A DNA stretch of 20,000 nt from IMG/VR virus record IMGVR_UViG_3300044634_004095, one strand, 5' to 3'. The first letter of the stretch is position 1. Each line of letters opens with the position of its first letter. This document shows positions 1 to 8,537 of the stretch, one piece after another. Both the position numbers and the translations under genes were made by a program. The notes under the pieces were generated by a model, which saw only the letters and a program-made list of their open reading frames with translations, had not been told where the DNA came from and did no database searches. Origin of the DNA: an uncultured virus (IMG/VR IMGVR_UViG_3300044634_004095). Its lineage: Duplodnaviria > Heunggongvirae > Uroviricota > Caudoviricetes.

Positions 1-1553
1 CCTTCTGGGTCAACATACGTATCTACCTTATGGTAGTCAAATACTGGATCTAACGCTTGCTTTACGTGAAAAGCATAATCTGTGGATACTGGCAGGAAAT
101 ACGGCTTTTCTGGTTCAAAAGAATCTTCAAACGTACCGAACTCGGCTAGATGTTTGAATTTCCGCTTTTTTCTTCTTTTTCTTTTTACTATTCCACGCAG
201 TCCGGCAATAAACAGCTCTCCTGGATACTTGAACTCAAAGTCAGCAATATATTCGTTTTCGTTATCCTCTGTCTCGAATTCGTATTCTTTTTTGGCCATA
301 AAGTCGCCTTTTACAACACCTGGTGGGATTATGGCAAAGCGACACTTCCCTTCAGGCTCTATTGCCATGTCGATAATCTGGCAGCTGTTGTCCTTGTTAT
401 AAAAAACGCAGTTTGAGCATTTAACCCCAATTCCAGCAACTGGATTTTGTGCAGCTGGTTTGTAGCCTGCCCAAATTCCATCAGAATCTTCGTTTATTTT
501 TCCGTGACGCTTTACGATCTTTAGTAGTGCGTCTCTGAGGTCTGACTCTTCTTGATCCAGGTCATCGGCACTAATTGGCTTGCGGCTCTGCCCTTCGTAC
601 TGCACTGCTGGTAGGGGTACCACCGTCATTCCGTTTGGCCCTGGCTTTATGGCAATGGGAATCGATGGCATCTGGCTCGGACGAACAACCCTCTGGGGAT
701 CTACCGGAGGCAACCCGCCAACAGGCATAACTGGAGGTGAAGTTTGAGGCTTAGCAACGATCACTATTCTTTCTGGAGCGCCAAACATAAAGCGGCCATT
801 GCCACCTCTGGAAAAATGACATTTATACTTTTCCATTGAATTTGACTGGTCTGTTCTGTTGAAGGAGACCATTCCGTTGTCTTCGTCAACTTCCGTCACA
901 GAGACTTGATTTCCAAGAACTTTTTGCAATTCTATTTCTAGCTCATCGCTCATGGATGGACGTTGCTGAACCATAGGGCCGGAAGGGCTCTCGACGTCGT
1001 AAGTTCCTGGCATCCCTGCTTTTACCGAAATAGTGCCTGTTAGTTGATTTGCTCCGTGGAGAACTGGGCTAACTTCGTAGAGTTCAAGCTCGTAGATTAC
1101 GTTTGCTTGAGATTTTTGGTCAAATTGAGCTCTAAGAGTTTTGTAGCCTATTGACCACTCTTGGTCTTCGCCAAAAAAAGCAACATTAGCGAATGCTTCT
1201 TTGCCCTTTTCTGAATTTAAATTAAACTGGACACGGGCAAAAAGTCCTCCTATGCCAGCCATTTTCATTTTCATTGGCAGTCTTGGATCGGTGGACGGAA
1301 CTTCGTATATCTCTAGAACTTTGCCAATCGGGTCATTCCAGTTATGACCCCACACCACACGAGGCTTGCGCCGCATCAGGCTTTTGGTAAATGCTCCGCT
1401 CTGAACGATATCGCCAACAGAATCTTTGTTCCCTATTCCGGAAACGAAGCACTCGACCATGCCTTGAGCCTCGTCAAGATTCAGTACGCCGGATTTTCCG
1501 TTGACAACGGACGACATTGAACCAGCTTTATATTCAAAAGAATTTCCGGACAT
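1..1553 (-). CDS. HK97-family prohead protease with long C-terminal extension (Pro-rich linker, four-Cys HiPIP-like domain); 3' end lies outside the window
   Basis: Not in the ORF track because it has no stop inside the window. Manual translation from ATG at 1553 (AAGGTG upstream) is open to base 1: MSGNSFEYKAG...GNKDSVGDIVQSGAFTKSL...VVWGHNWNDPIGK...EWSIGY...LELYEVSPVLHGAN. These are the typical HK97 protease motifs (catalytic His in WGHN, Ser in WSIGY). It lies directly downstream of the portal. Confidence 0.92.
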   Translation of the reverse strand, partial: MSGNSFEYKAGSMSSVVNGKSGVLNLDEAQGMVECFVSGIGNKDSVGDIVQSGAFTKSLMRRKPRVVWGHNWNDPIGKVLEIYEVPSTDPRLPMKMKMAGIGGLFARVQFNLNSEKGKEAFANVAFFGEDQEWSIGYKTLRAQFDQKSQANVIYELELYEVSPVLHGANQLTGTISVKAGMPGTYDVESPSGPMVQQRPSMSDELEIELQKVLGNQVSVTEVDEDNGMVSFNRTDQSNSMEKYKCHFSRGGNGRFMFGAPERIVIVAKPQTSPPVMPVGGLPPVDPQRVVRPSQMPSIPIAIKPGPNGMTVVPLPAVQYEGQSRKPISADDLDQEESDLRDALLKIVKRHGKINEDSDGIWAGYKPAAQNPVAGIGVKCSNCVFYNKDNSCQIIDMAIEPEGKCRFAIIPPGVVKGDFMAKKEYEFETEDNENEYIADFEFKYPGELFIAGLRGIVKRKRRKKRKFKHLAEFGTFEDSFEPEKPYFLPVSTDYAFHVKQALDPVFDYHKVDTYVDPE

Positions 1554-1649
1554 TTAAGCACCTTTTCTCGTCTAATGAGATGATAGGTTAAATTGCTAAT
1601 CTGAAACGGAAAGTATTGTTATATTTTTTAAAGAAATAATATAAAGAAA

Positions 1650-3752
1650 CTATACTGTTTGAGCAAAAAGCCAGACCGATCGAGCTTCTGATTCAGCTAT
1701 CTCAAACTGATCATGAGCAAGAAGGTTGGCATACATCTCTCCAATTCCTTGCCTAAACGCTCTGAGTCTTTCTTCTTCGTTTGAAAAATCAAAAGACTTA
1801 ATCATCAGATTGTATATTTCTGAAGATATATCGCTGTTAAGAGATTTTATTTTCATCAGGTGAGACTCGATAGTTTTTACAACATCAATTGTCGGAATGG
1901 ACTTAACTTTAATCCCATTTTCTGATTTAAATTCTTTTCGTGAATCGAAAGAATCATTAATGATCGATGTGAGCACGGGCTTTATGTCGTCTTCCATCTG
2001 TCTATTCCAAACATCAACAGCCAGTACCTGCTCAATATCGAGAGTCCCAGCAGAAAGGGCTTTTTTGGCTTTTGCTCCAGAAGATTTCTCCATGACAACT
2101 CTTTGCTGACGCTCTAGCAGTCTTTCGATACTGCGAGCTAGTATCTCCGACCATCTCTCGATGGCTGTTTGACATTTTTCATCGTATGTCTCGCTGAGCG
2201 ATTTTGTCTCGATGGAGGCTTGACGTTCCCCCGCTGTTGCCATTTGCTGCTGCGGCATCCCCTGCGTGATTGCTTCCGATGGGATTGTAGTCTGAGCCAA
2301 ATCGCCAGCTGGAGGAGTTGCCTGCCCGGCCATGGATTCGGCGATTGCCCCTTGCATAGTGTTTGGATCGAGCGGAGGAGGTGCTCCTTCCATCCCTGGC
2401 TGTCCTGGCATACCTGGGGGCATCCCTGGCATACCTGGGGGCATACCTGGCATACCTGGGGGCTGTCCTGGCATACCTTGCTGCTCCCCCATCATCGCCT
2501 GATTTTCTTCCATTTTTTTCTTTGTGTTGGCAATTGGAATAAGATTTGGATTCATAAGCAAAGAGTCAGCGAGGTCTGCTTCTACTTCTTTTCTTGAAGA
2601 GCCGGTCCGGTATTCGTTTGCACTGATTAATCCAGTCTGAAATTCCTGGAGCAAATACCTGTCTCGCTCCTGCTTGTAGAGCATTAGGATTGGAACTTCG
2701 GAGGTGTCGAAGTCTAAATAGTACTTATCGTCTAACTCGTCTAGCCCCCGAGCGAGTGGCTCTAAATGTGGAAGCATTGTTTCCATCCAGAAAACACGGA
2801 TTTCTTCTGCGGCATTGCTAAAAGTACGACCGGACGCATTTCCGATAACAGACTCAGGAACTCCGAAAGCTGAAAGAATTTCTTCTTTTGTTATTTGTCG
2901 CATTTGTATGTATGCGGCGTCTCTGGGACTTGCAGATGTGTCGACAAAATCAACACCATCGTCTGATGAGATTACGGTTGTGTGACCGGCTTTAGACAAG
3001 TTTCCCCTAAATCTATTACGTAGCTCTTCTTTGTCATCGTCATCTATTTCTCCTCTTACTACGAGAAGACCGCCAGGTCTTCCATCGTTAAGTAAATAGT
3101 TCCTATTGTAAAGTTTTGCTAAGTTTTCTATTTCTATTGCCACCCCAGAAGCTTCAAGTGGAGTCAGTGAAAGATAAGGGTCAAGGGGGTGAGGTCTACG
3201 AATCCAGCAGACGTCGTCTGGCTTCATAATAACCTTGTCTCCGGTTGGCATCATGACTTCATAGCCTGAAACAAAAGTTTTTGGGTGAGGAATCGGAGAT
3301 GTGGATTGTGGCGGAAGAAGGTTTAGGGCGACAATTCCTCCATCGCGGCCACGAATTTTCTCTATAAACGCTCCTCGCGTTCCGAGAAGAAGCTGAGCTG
3401 AAAGCCTGTATCTGAAAATAAAAGAGTTTTCGCCTATGTTTGATTTTGTGTTCAGAAGCTCAAGGAGGGTTGATCTTTTGGCTTCTCTGCCAACAACCAG
3501 TTCACCCATATTGGAGTTATCTTTACGCAAAACTATAGGTAGTCGCGCTTGGTTTCCTGCGATCGCATCAATGCATCGATTAACCCAGGTTATCTTAGAC
3601 ATTCCCTCGCGGTATGCGCGCTCTATGTCCCACGAGTCCCTGTATGGCTTTCCTGCAAATGAGGGATTCATCGAAACGGGAGCGCCGTATACACCTAACT
3701 CTTTAGAGCTAGTGCTTTTAATTGATTTGTTTTGTGGTGTATTCCAGCCCAT
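1650..3752 (-). CDS. Phage portal protein, HK97 family, with Pro/Gly/Met linker and helical C-terminal extension
   Basis: WVNRCIDAIA, LLLGTRGAFIEKIR, HPLDPYLSLTPL, NDGRPGGLL, EEILSAFGVPESVIG, TFSNA and ISANEYR match HK97-type portal motifs. It lies upstream of the prohead protease. Confidence 0.93.
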   Translation of the reverse strand: MGWNTPQNKSIKSTSSKELGVYGAPVSMNPSFAGKPYRDSWDIERAYREGMSKITWVNRCIDAIAGNQARLPIVLRKDNSNMGELVVGREAKRSTLLELLNTKSNIGENSFIFRYRLSAQLLLGTRGAFIEKIRGRDGGIVALNLLPPQSTSPIPHPKTFVSGYEVMMPTGDKVIMKPDDVCWIRRPHPLDPYLSLTPLEASGVAIEIENLAKLYNRNYLLNDGRPGGLLVVRGEIDDDDKEELRNRFRGNLSKAGHTTVISSDDGVDFVDTSASPRDAAYIQMRQITKEEILSAFGVPESVIGNASGRTFSNAAEEIRVFWMETMLPHLEPLARGLDELDDKYYLDFDTSEVPILMLYKQERDRYLLQEFQTGLISANEYRTGSSRKEVEADLADSLLMNPNLIPIANTKKKMEENQAMMGEQQGMPGQPPGMPGMPPGMPGMPPGMPGQPGMEGAPPPLDPNTMQGAIAESMAGQATPPAGDLAQTTIPSEAITQGMPQQQMATAGERQASIETKSLSETYDEKCQTAIERWSEILARSIERLLERQQRVVMEKSSGAKAKKALSAGTLDIEQVLAVDVWNRQMEDDIKPVLTSIINDSFDSRKEFKSENGIKVKSIPTIDVVKTIESHLMKIKSLNSDISSEIYNLMIKSFDFSNEEERLRAFRQGIGEMYANLLAHDQFEIAESEARSVWLFAQTV
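2391..2478 (-). repeat. Imperfect coding tandem repeat (GGCATACCT/GGCATCCCT units) encoding (P)PGM repeats in the portal
   Basis: Seen directly: catccctggc tgtcctggca tacctggggg catccctggc atacctgggg gcatacctgg catacctggg; translates to GMPGQPPGMPGMPPGMPGMPPGMPGQPGM. Confidence 0.9.
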
Positions 3753-3760
3753 AATTTTAT

Positions 3761-3979
3761 TTACTCAAGCCCCAAGATGAATCCAAAAAGTCCGCAACCT
3801 ATACCCGCAACCACTATTCCAGCCGGTGGGAATATTAAGCCAACACCAATACTAGTAAGTATTATAAATGACAACATAAATACATAAGCGAAGGTAGTGC
3901 GATTTAGCTTTATTCTTTGCTGAATCGCTAATCGCCAATTATTCTGTCGTTGTTTCTTTTTTTTGTCCTGCACTGGCAT
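3761..3979 (-). CDS. Small membrane protein (72 aa, basic N-terminus, two hydrophobic helices) upstream of portal
   Basis: Start moved to ATG at 3979 (MPVQDKKKK...) to avoid overlap with terL. Hydrophobic region AYVFMLSFIILTSIGVGLIFPPAGIVVAGIGCGLFGFILG. Small membrane genes commonly precede HK97-type portals. Confidence 0.8.
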   Translation of the reverse strand: MPVQDKKKKQRQNNWRLAIQQRIKLNRTTFAYVFMLSFIILTSIGVGLIFPPAGIVVAGIGCGLFGFILGLE

Positions 3980-4033
3980 ATAACATACAGTAGCGCACAA
4001 TTTTGTCGCAGGAACAACTAAAGGTCTTTTACA

Positions 4034-5347
4034 ATGGATAATAAACCCAATTGGGCGGAGGTCCTCGAATACCTTCAACCTAAGGAACCTCCATTTTGCC
4101 CCGAGGAACCCTCTATTAACCAAAAAGTATTTCTTCGCACGAACGCTCTAGAAGCGTTGTTCGGGGGAGCGGCTGGCGGTGGAAAAAGTTCAGCATTGCT
4201 AATGGCAGCATTGCAGTACGTTGACGTACCTGGATATTCTGCACTTCTTTGCCGTCGTACATTTGCCGACTTATCGCTCCCTGGAGCATTGATGGACCGT
4301 TTTAAGTCATGGATGAGCAACTATGACGATATCCATTGGAATAACAACACTTTTATTGCTACGTTTCCATCGGGAGCAAGAATATCCTTCGGTTACCTCA
4401 ATAATGTCAACGATTATCTTAGATATAAGGGTTCGGAATTTCAGTTCATAGGGATGGACGAAGTTACGGAAATACGTGAATCTGACTACAGGTATTTGTT
4501 TTCTCGCCTCCGTCGCCCAGCTAACGGTCCAGTTTCGCAAGTCCCACTAAGAATGCGATGTGCGTCAAACCCTGCTCCAAACTGGGTGCGTCAAAGATTT
4601 ATAGTTGAAGGAAAAGAAACAAATAGAATTTTTGTACCCTCTACGCTGAAGGACAACCCAGGAATTGACGCCGACTCGTACAGGCAGTCATTGTCCGCAC
4701 TCGACCCCGTTGAGCGGCGAAGACTGGAAGAAGGAGACTGGTGGTCTACGACTCTTGGCACAATGTTTGACAGAACATCATTTGAGATAATAGACCCAAT
4801 TGACATCCCGATAATAACCAGCGCAGCAAGAGTGGTTCGTTTTTGGGACCTTGCAGCTACGGAACCAAGTGCCTCAAACCCTGACCCAGACTGGACTGTC
4901 GGCACTTTAATGCTTTTCAATGGCGGCGTAGCTTATGTTTTGGACGTAAGGAGAGCAAGAGTTCGGGGAGAAAAAGTAGAACAATTAATTTCTCAGACAT
5001 CAATAGAAGATGGGCATGGGGTAGCGATACGCATGGAACAAGAACCAGGCTCCTCCGGAAAAGCATTGCTGGATCAATACGCTAGATACGTAGTTCCTGG
5101 CTACGATTTCGGCGCTGTACGCGCTACGGGGGACAAAGTGACCCGCGCTAGACCATTCGCTGCAGCGGTAGCCAATGGAAACGTTCGGTTAGTTCGAGGT
5201 CCGTGGATAACTGGATGGCTTGATGAATTTGCCTCTTTCCCGGAAGCCTGCGACCACGACGACCAAGTCGACTCGGCTGTTGGAGCATTTACTCATTTAA
5301 CGGGCCTTGGGTTGCCACAGAGAAAACGAGCATCTATACTCATCTAG
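4034..5347 (+). CDS. terL: Terminase large subunit
   Basis: Walker A LFGGAAGGGKS, Walker B FIGMDE, motif III RCASNP, nuclease motifs RFWDLAAT, EQEPGSSGK and HDDQVDS. Confidence 0.95.
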   Translation: MDNKPNWAEVLEYLQPKEPPFCPEEPSINQKVFLRTNALEALFGGAAGGGKSSALLMAALQYVDVPGYSALLCRRTFADLSLPGALMDRFKSWMSNYDDIHWNNNTFIATFPSGARISFGYLNNVNDYLRYKGSEFQFIGMDEVTEIRESDYRYLFSRLRRPANGPVSQVPLRMRCASNPAPNWVRQRFIVEGKETNRIFVPSTLKDNPGIDADSYRQSLSALDPVERRRLEEGDWWSTTLGTMFDRTSFEIIDPIDIPIITSAARVVRFWDLAATEPSASNPDPDWTVGTLMLFNGGVAYVLDVRRARVRGEKVEQLISQTSIEDGHGVAIRMEQEPGSSGKALLDQYARYVVPGYDFGAVRATGDKVTRARPFAAAVANGNVRLVRGPWITGWLDEFASFPEACDHDDQVDSAVGAFTHLTGLGLPQRKRASILI

Positions 5348-5373
5348 CAAATAACTAAACAAAAGGGGTATTA

Positions 5374-5865
5374 ATGCTAGATAAAATAAAAACTTTACAA
5401 AAAGAGCTTGTAAATCTCGACAATGAACTTCAAGATTTTCTGAAAACAGCAACAACGCCAGAAGAAGCTTGCTTAATTTTGTCAGAGATTAATTTTCTTA
5501 AACGTGATCTTTCCATTGTCTACGATGGGTACTGCGCCGGAGTGCTTCAACTTATGGGAGAGAGCGACGGCTATACGCTTGAGAACGGTGCGGAGATTGA
5601 AAGAAAATCAGGCTACGACAGAAAAGCTTGGAAACACAAGGATCTCGGCGCTGAAGTTGTCGATAAACTAATCTCCATGTCTGTTGACATGGACACTGGG
5701 GAAGTGACAAAATCTACCAGACAAATAGCATTAGAAATTCTCGACTACTGCGCCCCCTCGTACTGGAGGATTAAAGAATTGGGCAAAATTGGCGTGAACC
5801 CAGACAACTACTGTGAAGTAGGCGAGCTCAAAACCAGTCTCATCGTTCGTAAATCAAAAAACTAG
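5374..5865 (+). CDS. Hypothetical phage protein (163 aa, N-terminal coiled coil), first gene of the recombination block
   Basis: Clean ORF with AAGGGG upstream, packed between terL and the annealase. No motif recognised. Confidence 0.8.
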   Translation: MLDKIKTLQKELVNLDNELQDFLKTATTPEEACLILSEINFLKRDLSIVYDGYCAGVLQLMGESDGYTLENGAEIERKSGYDRKAWKHKDLGAEVVDKLISMSVDMDTGEVTKSTRQIALEILDYCAPSYWRIKELGKIGVNPDNYCEVGELKTSLIVRKSKN

Positions 5866-5887
5866 AAACAGAACAAGGAAAATAAAA

Positions 5888-6589
5888 ATGGAAATTAATG
5901 TAACTGAAATGTCCGCTGCCCTTAGTGCTCAATTTCCTCAGGAAATGGAACGAGTTATTGTAAAAAGCGGGGTCGAACTAATTTACCTCCCTATCAGCGA
6001 AGTTATTAACAGACTAAACAAAGTAATCGGTGTTGATAATTGGTCCTTTCAAGTCATCTCGGTTGAGCGTGACTCCGTAGACCAAGACGAGATCATCGCC
6101 CACGTCAGCTTGACAGCGGTTATTGATAATAAAAAAGTTGTTAAACATGGCGTTGGTGGACAGCAGGTAAAACGTTCCAAGAAAGATGGTCGAGTAATTG
6201 ACTTGGGGAATGACTTCAAGGGTGCCGTATCGGATGCGCAAAAAAAAGCAGCGCAACAACTAGGAATTGGGCTATATCTAGCTCGTTCTGCTGACGCCCT
6301 TGATGCGGAAGAAGCAATAGAAGCCCACGTCGCCCCTGAGATCTCTAGCTCTAAACCAGTCTCGTCAGAAGTTGACGAAAGATGGGAAGCATTTGTCGAG
6401 ATCGTTGGTGGGTTGACAAAAGAACAAAAAGATCAGCTCAACACATTTTGGGCAGAACATGCAGGGGGCCGCGCAAAGCCAACCAAGGCAAGTGCCACTC
6501 TGGAAGATCTTGAACCACTTACCGTAGAAGCACTTCGTCTTCGTTTTGGTGGTTCTTATGTCAACAATGCGACTAGCAGCCCTGCATGA
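5888..6589 (+). CDS. Rad52/Rad22-family (Sak-like) single-strand annealing protein
   Basis: YLPISEVINRLNKVIGVDNWSF...KHGVG...KGAVSDAQKKAAQQLGIGLYL matches the Rad52/Sak core. AAGGA upstream. Confidence 0.88.
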   Translation: MEINVTEMSAALSAQFPQEMERVIVKSGVELIYLPISEVINRLNKVIGVDNWSFQVISVERDSVDQDEIIAHVSLTAVIDNKKVVKHGVGGQQVKRSKKDGRVIDLGNDFKGAVSDAQKKAAQQLGIGLYLARSADALDAEEAIEAHVAPEISSSKPVSSEVDERWEAFVEIVGGLTKEQKDQLNTFWAEHAGGRAKPTKASATLEDLEPLTVEALRLRFGGSYVNNATSSPA

Positions 6590-7359
6590 GCGATAAAGAA
6601 CTCATAGCTCCAGAATATTTATCACCATCCTCTGTCTCAACATTTAATCAATGTCCACTTAAGTTCAAATACAGTAAAATCGATGGCCTTCAGGACTCCG
6701 GAACAGAAGCAACAATGCTTGGTAACTTCGTTCATGAAGTTCTTGAAGCAATGTACGGGTTGGCTCCTGATTTAAGAACACAAGAAACTGCAAAGGTTCT
6801 TGCTCGGGAGTTGTGGGCTTCAAAATGGAGCGACGAAATATCAACCTTAATTCACGACGAAAAGAATCTAAATCGCTTCCGCTGGACCGCATGGTGGTGT
6901 ATCGAAAATCTTTGGCGCTTAGAGGATCCAGCCTTAGTTATTCCCCACTCTGTTGAATCTCACGTTAGAGGAGAGATTGGCGGAGTAAAAATACACGGCT
7001 TCATAGATCGTCTCGCTTTTGAAAACGACACAGCAACCGTAACTGACTACAAAACTGGCAAGACCCCTCGCAAAGGGGATCTAAATGACAGATTTTTTCA
7101 GCTAATAATTTACACACAGCTACTTGAAAGCGTTGACATATTTGCTGCAAATAATTTAGTAGAGCTACTTTATCTCAAAGATGGGATCCGCTTCCAAAAA
7201 GAGATAAATAAAGAAGATATAAATCAGATTACCGAAAAGCTTCAGTCCACTAGGGTTGGCATTGAAGAAAGATGCAAGGCTGGGTACTTTGAGCCTTCAA
7301 CTTCATTTTTGTGCAATTGGTGTGGATTCAAGCCTATCTGCCCAGCCTGGAAACGATAA
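6586..7359 (+). CDS. PD-(D/E)XK RecB/Cas4-like exonuclease with probable Fe-S cluster
   Basis: LSPSS...QCP, GNFVHEVLE, GFIDRL, DYKTGK, QLIIY and C-terminal CNWCGFKPICP. ATGA overlap with the annealase. Confidence 0.9.
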   Translation: MSDKELIAPEYLSPSSVSTFNQCPLKFKYSKIDGLQDSGTEATMLGNFVHEVLEAMYGLAPDLRTQETAKVLARELWASKWSDEISTLIHDEKNLNRFRWTAWWCIENLWRLEDPALVIPHSVESHVRGEIGGVKIHGFIDRLAFENDTATVTDYKTGKTPRKGDLNDRFFQLIIYTQLLESVDIFAANNLVELLYLKDGIRFQKEINKEDINQITEKLQSTRVGIEERCKAGYFEPSTSFLCNWCGFKPICPAWKR

Positions 7360-7361
7360 AA

Positions 7362-7895
7362 ATGCAACAACAAGAAAGATTCAAAATGAAAGTAAATGAC
7401 GACGCCTTTGCTCGCATGGTTGCCGAAGAAGTAAAAAATAAACTTTCCCCTCTCCATAAAAGCGAATTAATGAAAGAGGAGAACTGGCATTTGTGGCAAG
7501 CAGCGCTTATTGCTCTTTCTGAAAACCTTCAAAGTCAAATCTTAACCATTGAATCAGATGCTGAGTCAGATGAAAAAAGGTACTCCTCCCTTGGGGTTGG
7601 CGGTAAAAAACTTTCACATCAGGCCGCCTCTTACTACGGCGACAAAGCAACGCGAATCAAAAGATTCAAGTTTCACGTCGACAAACGATTAGATGAAGTA
7701 TCTTTAATGATTGAAACTGGTCAGGAGATGGAATCAGACGGCTGGGAAAAAGTAGATTTTTTTAGGCGAGCCATAACTAAGCATAGGAGCATGCTTAGGG
7801 AGTACGACATGGAAGATACGGCCATAGATAGATCCCTATGGGCTACACTTGACTACAAGTGGACGTTTGACGCTATTACTGAAGAAGATCTTTAA
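7362..7895 (+). CDS. Hypothetical helical protein
   Basis: ORF directly after the exonuclease stop. Start is ATG 7362 or 7386; the track start at 7311 overlaps the upstream gene. Confidence 0.75.
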   Translation: MQQQERFKMKVNDDAFARMVAEEVKNKLSPLHKSELMKEENWHLWQAALIALSENLQSQILTIESDAESDEKRYSSLGVGGKKLSHQAASYYGDKATRIKRFKFHVDKRLDEVSLMIETGQEMESDGWEKVDFFRRAITKHRSMLREYDMEDTAIDRSLWATLDYKWTFDAITEEDL

Positions 7896-7955
7896 TAATA
7901 TTTATTATTATTTATAAATCAAATTTGCGTTCACTTTTAGCAATGGAGATTTATT

Positions 7956-8318
7956 GTGATCAGACGGAACAAACCACTTAAAAATAAAACCGGCCTAAAA
8001 CGTCAACAGACCCCAATTGCAAAACGTTCAAAAAAAACTGAAGAAAAATATCTTGAACGTCGCCCTTTTGTTGAGAGAATTCTTAAGGAAAGGCCACTTT
8101 GTGAAGCCTGCAAAGTTTTTGCAAAACATGATGATAAATCTATATACAATCATCATATGAGCAAAGACGTACACGAAATTATTCGTCGGTCGCAGGGGGG
8201 CTCAATCTTGGATGACGATAATGTTCTTGCTGTGTGCAGGCCATGTCACGTCAGAATAGGCAATTATCCTCAGCTTGCGTTTGACCTTGGATTGGCAAAG
8301 CATGGGTGGGAAAAATAA
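7956..8318 (+). CDS. HNH endonuclease
   Basis: CEAC...DVHEIIRRSQGG...DNVLAVCRPCH, a zinc-binding HNH pattern. GTG start with GGAG upstream. Confidence 0.88.
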   Translation: MIRRNKPLKNKTGLKRQQTPIAKRSKKTEEKYLERRPFVERILKERPLCEACKVFAKHDDKSIYNHHMSKDVHEIIRRSQGGSILDDDNVLAVCRPCHVRIGNYPQLAFDLGLAKHGWEK

Positions 8319-8343
8319 TTAGCAGAACTATTACTCTTTTCTG

Positions 8344-8349
8344 TAAAAT
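8344..8349 (+). promoter_or_regulatory. Putative -10 element (TAAAAT) upstream of the structured intergenic locus
   Basis: ctgTAAAATg in AT-rich context, similar to gtgTAAAATt (13980) and ctgTACAATt (15828), which precede other gene blocks. Confidence 0.45.
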
Positions 8350-8421
8350 GTTTTAACCTAAAATCTTCTTAGGTACCTAATTCAGCGATAACTTTCGAGA
8401 ATAGAAAGGTCAGGTGGTCCA

Positions 8422-8475
8422 ATGTCTAGTGGTCTTATCCACGGCAAGGAAGCTGGAGTCGCGTCGAACTCATAG
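8422..8475 (+). CDS. Candidate 17-aa peptide MSSGLIHGKEAGVASNS
   Basis: ATG at 8422 directly after an exceptionally long SD-like tract; TAG at 8473-8475; followed by a terminator-like hairpin. Confidence 0.4.
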   Translation: MSSGLIHGKEAGVASNS

Positions 8476-8494
8476 TCACAGTCGACTAACGCCC

Positions 8495-8537
8495 ACAACC
8501 GCTGGCTCGCTCTGCAGGCCCCAGCGGTTGTTTGCTG
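8495..8537 (+). terminator. Terminator-like hairpin
   Basis: Perfect 11-bp stem ACAACCGCTGG (8495-8505) / CCAGCGGTTGT (8521-8531), followed by a weak T-rich tail. Confidence 0.65.

Larger units (their letters stand above)
8356..8537 (+). ncRNA. Candidate structured small RNA or mini-mRNA (about 180 nt) containing a 16S-3'-complementary tract
   Basis: Bounded by a -10-like hexamer and a terminator-like hairpin. Small hairpins GTGG/CCAC, GAGT/ACTC and TAGTC/GACTA. AGAAAGG-tc-AGGTGGTCCA at 8403-8421. Transcription is inferred. Confidence 0.4.

Noticed and set aside
82..416. Plus-strand ORFs 82-402 and 150-416
   Set aside because: Shadow ORFs antisense to the protease gene, which has clear motifs.
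4016..4024. AACTAAAGG shared between the terL upstream region and the region upstream of 13908 (minus, 13923-13931)
   Set aside because: Only two 9-bp copies at different distances from the start codons; compatible with chance.
6586..7359. Cas4-like gene as a sign of a CRISPR-Cas system
   Set aside because: No repeat-spacer array or other cas genes were seen. Solo Cas4/RecB-like nucleases are common in phages.
8405..8456. Resemblance to the SRP RNA helix 8 motif (GGTCAGGT...AAGGAAGC)
   Set aside because: The two halves are separated by about 30 nt instead of a short tetraloop stem, and I could not build the flanking SRP helix. An Infernal search would settle it.
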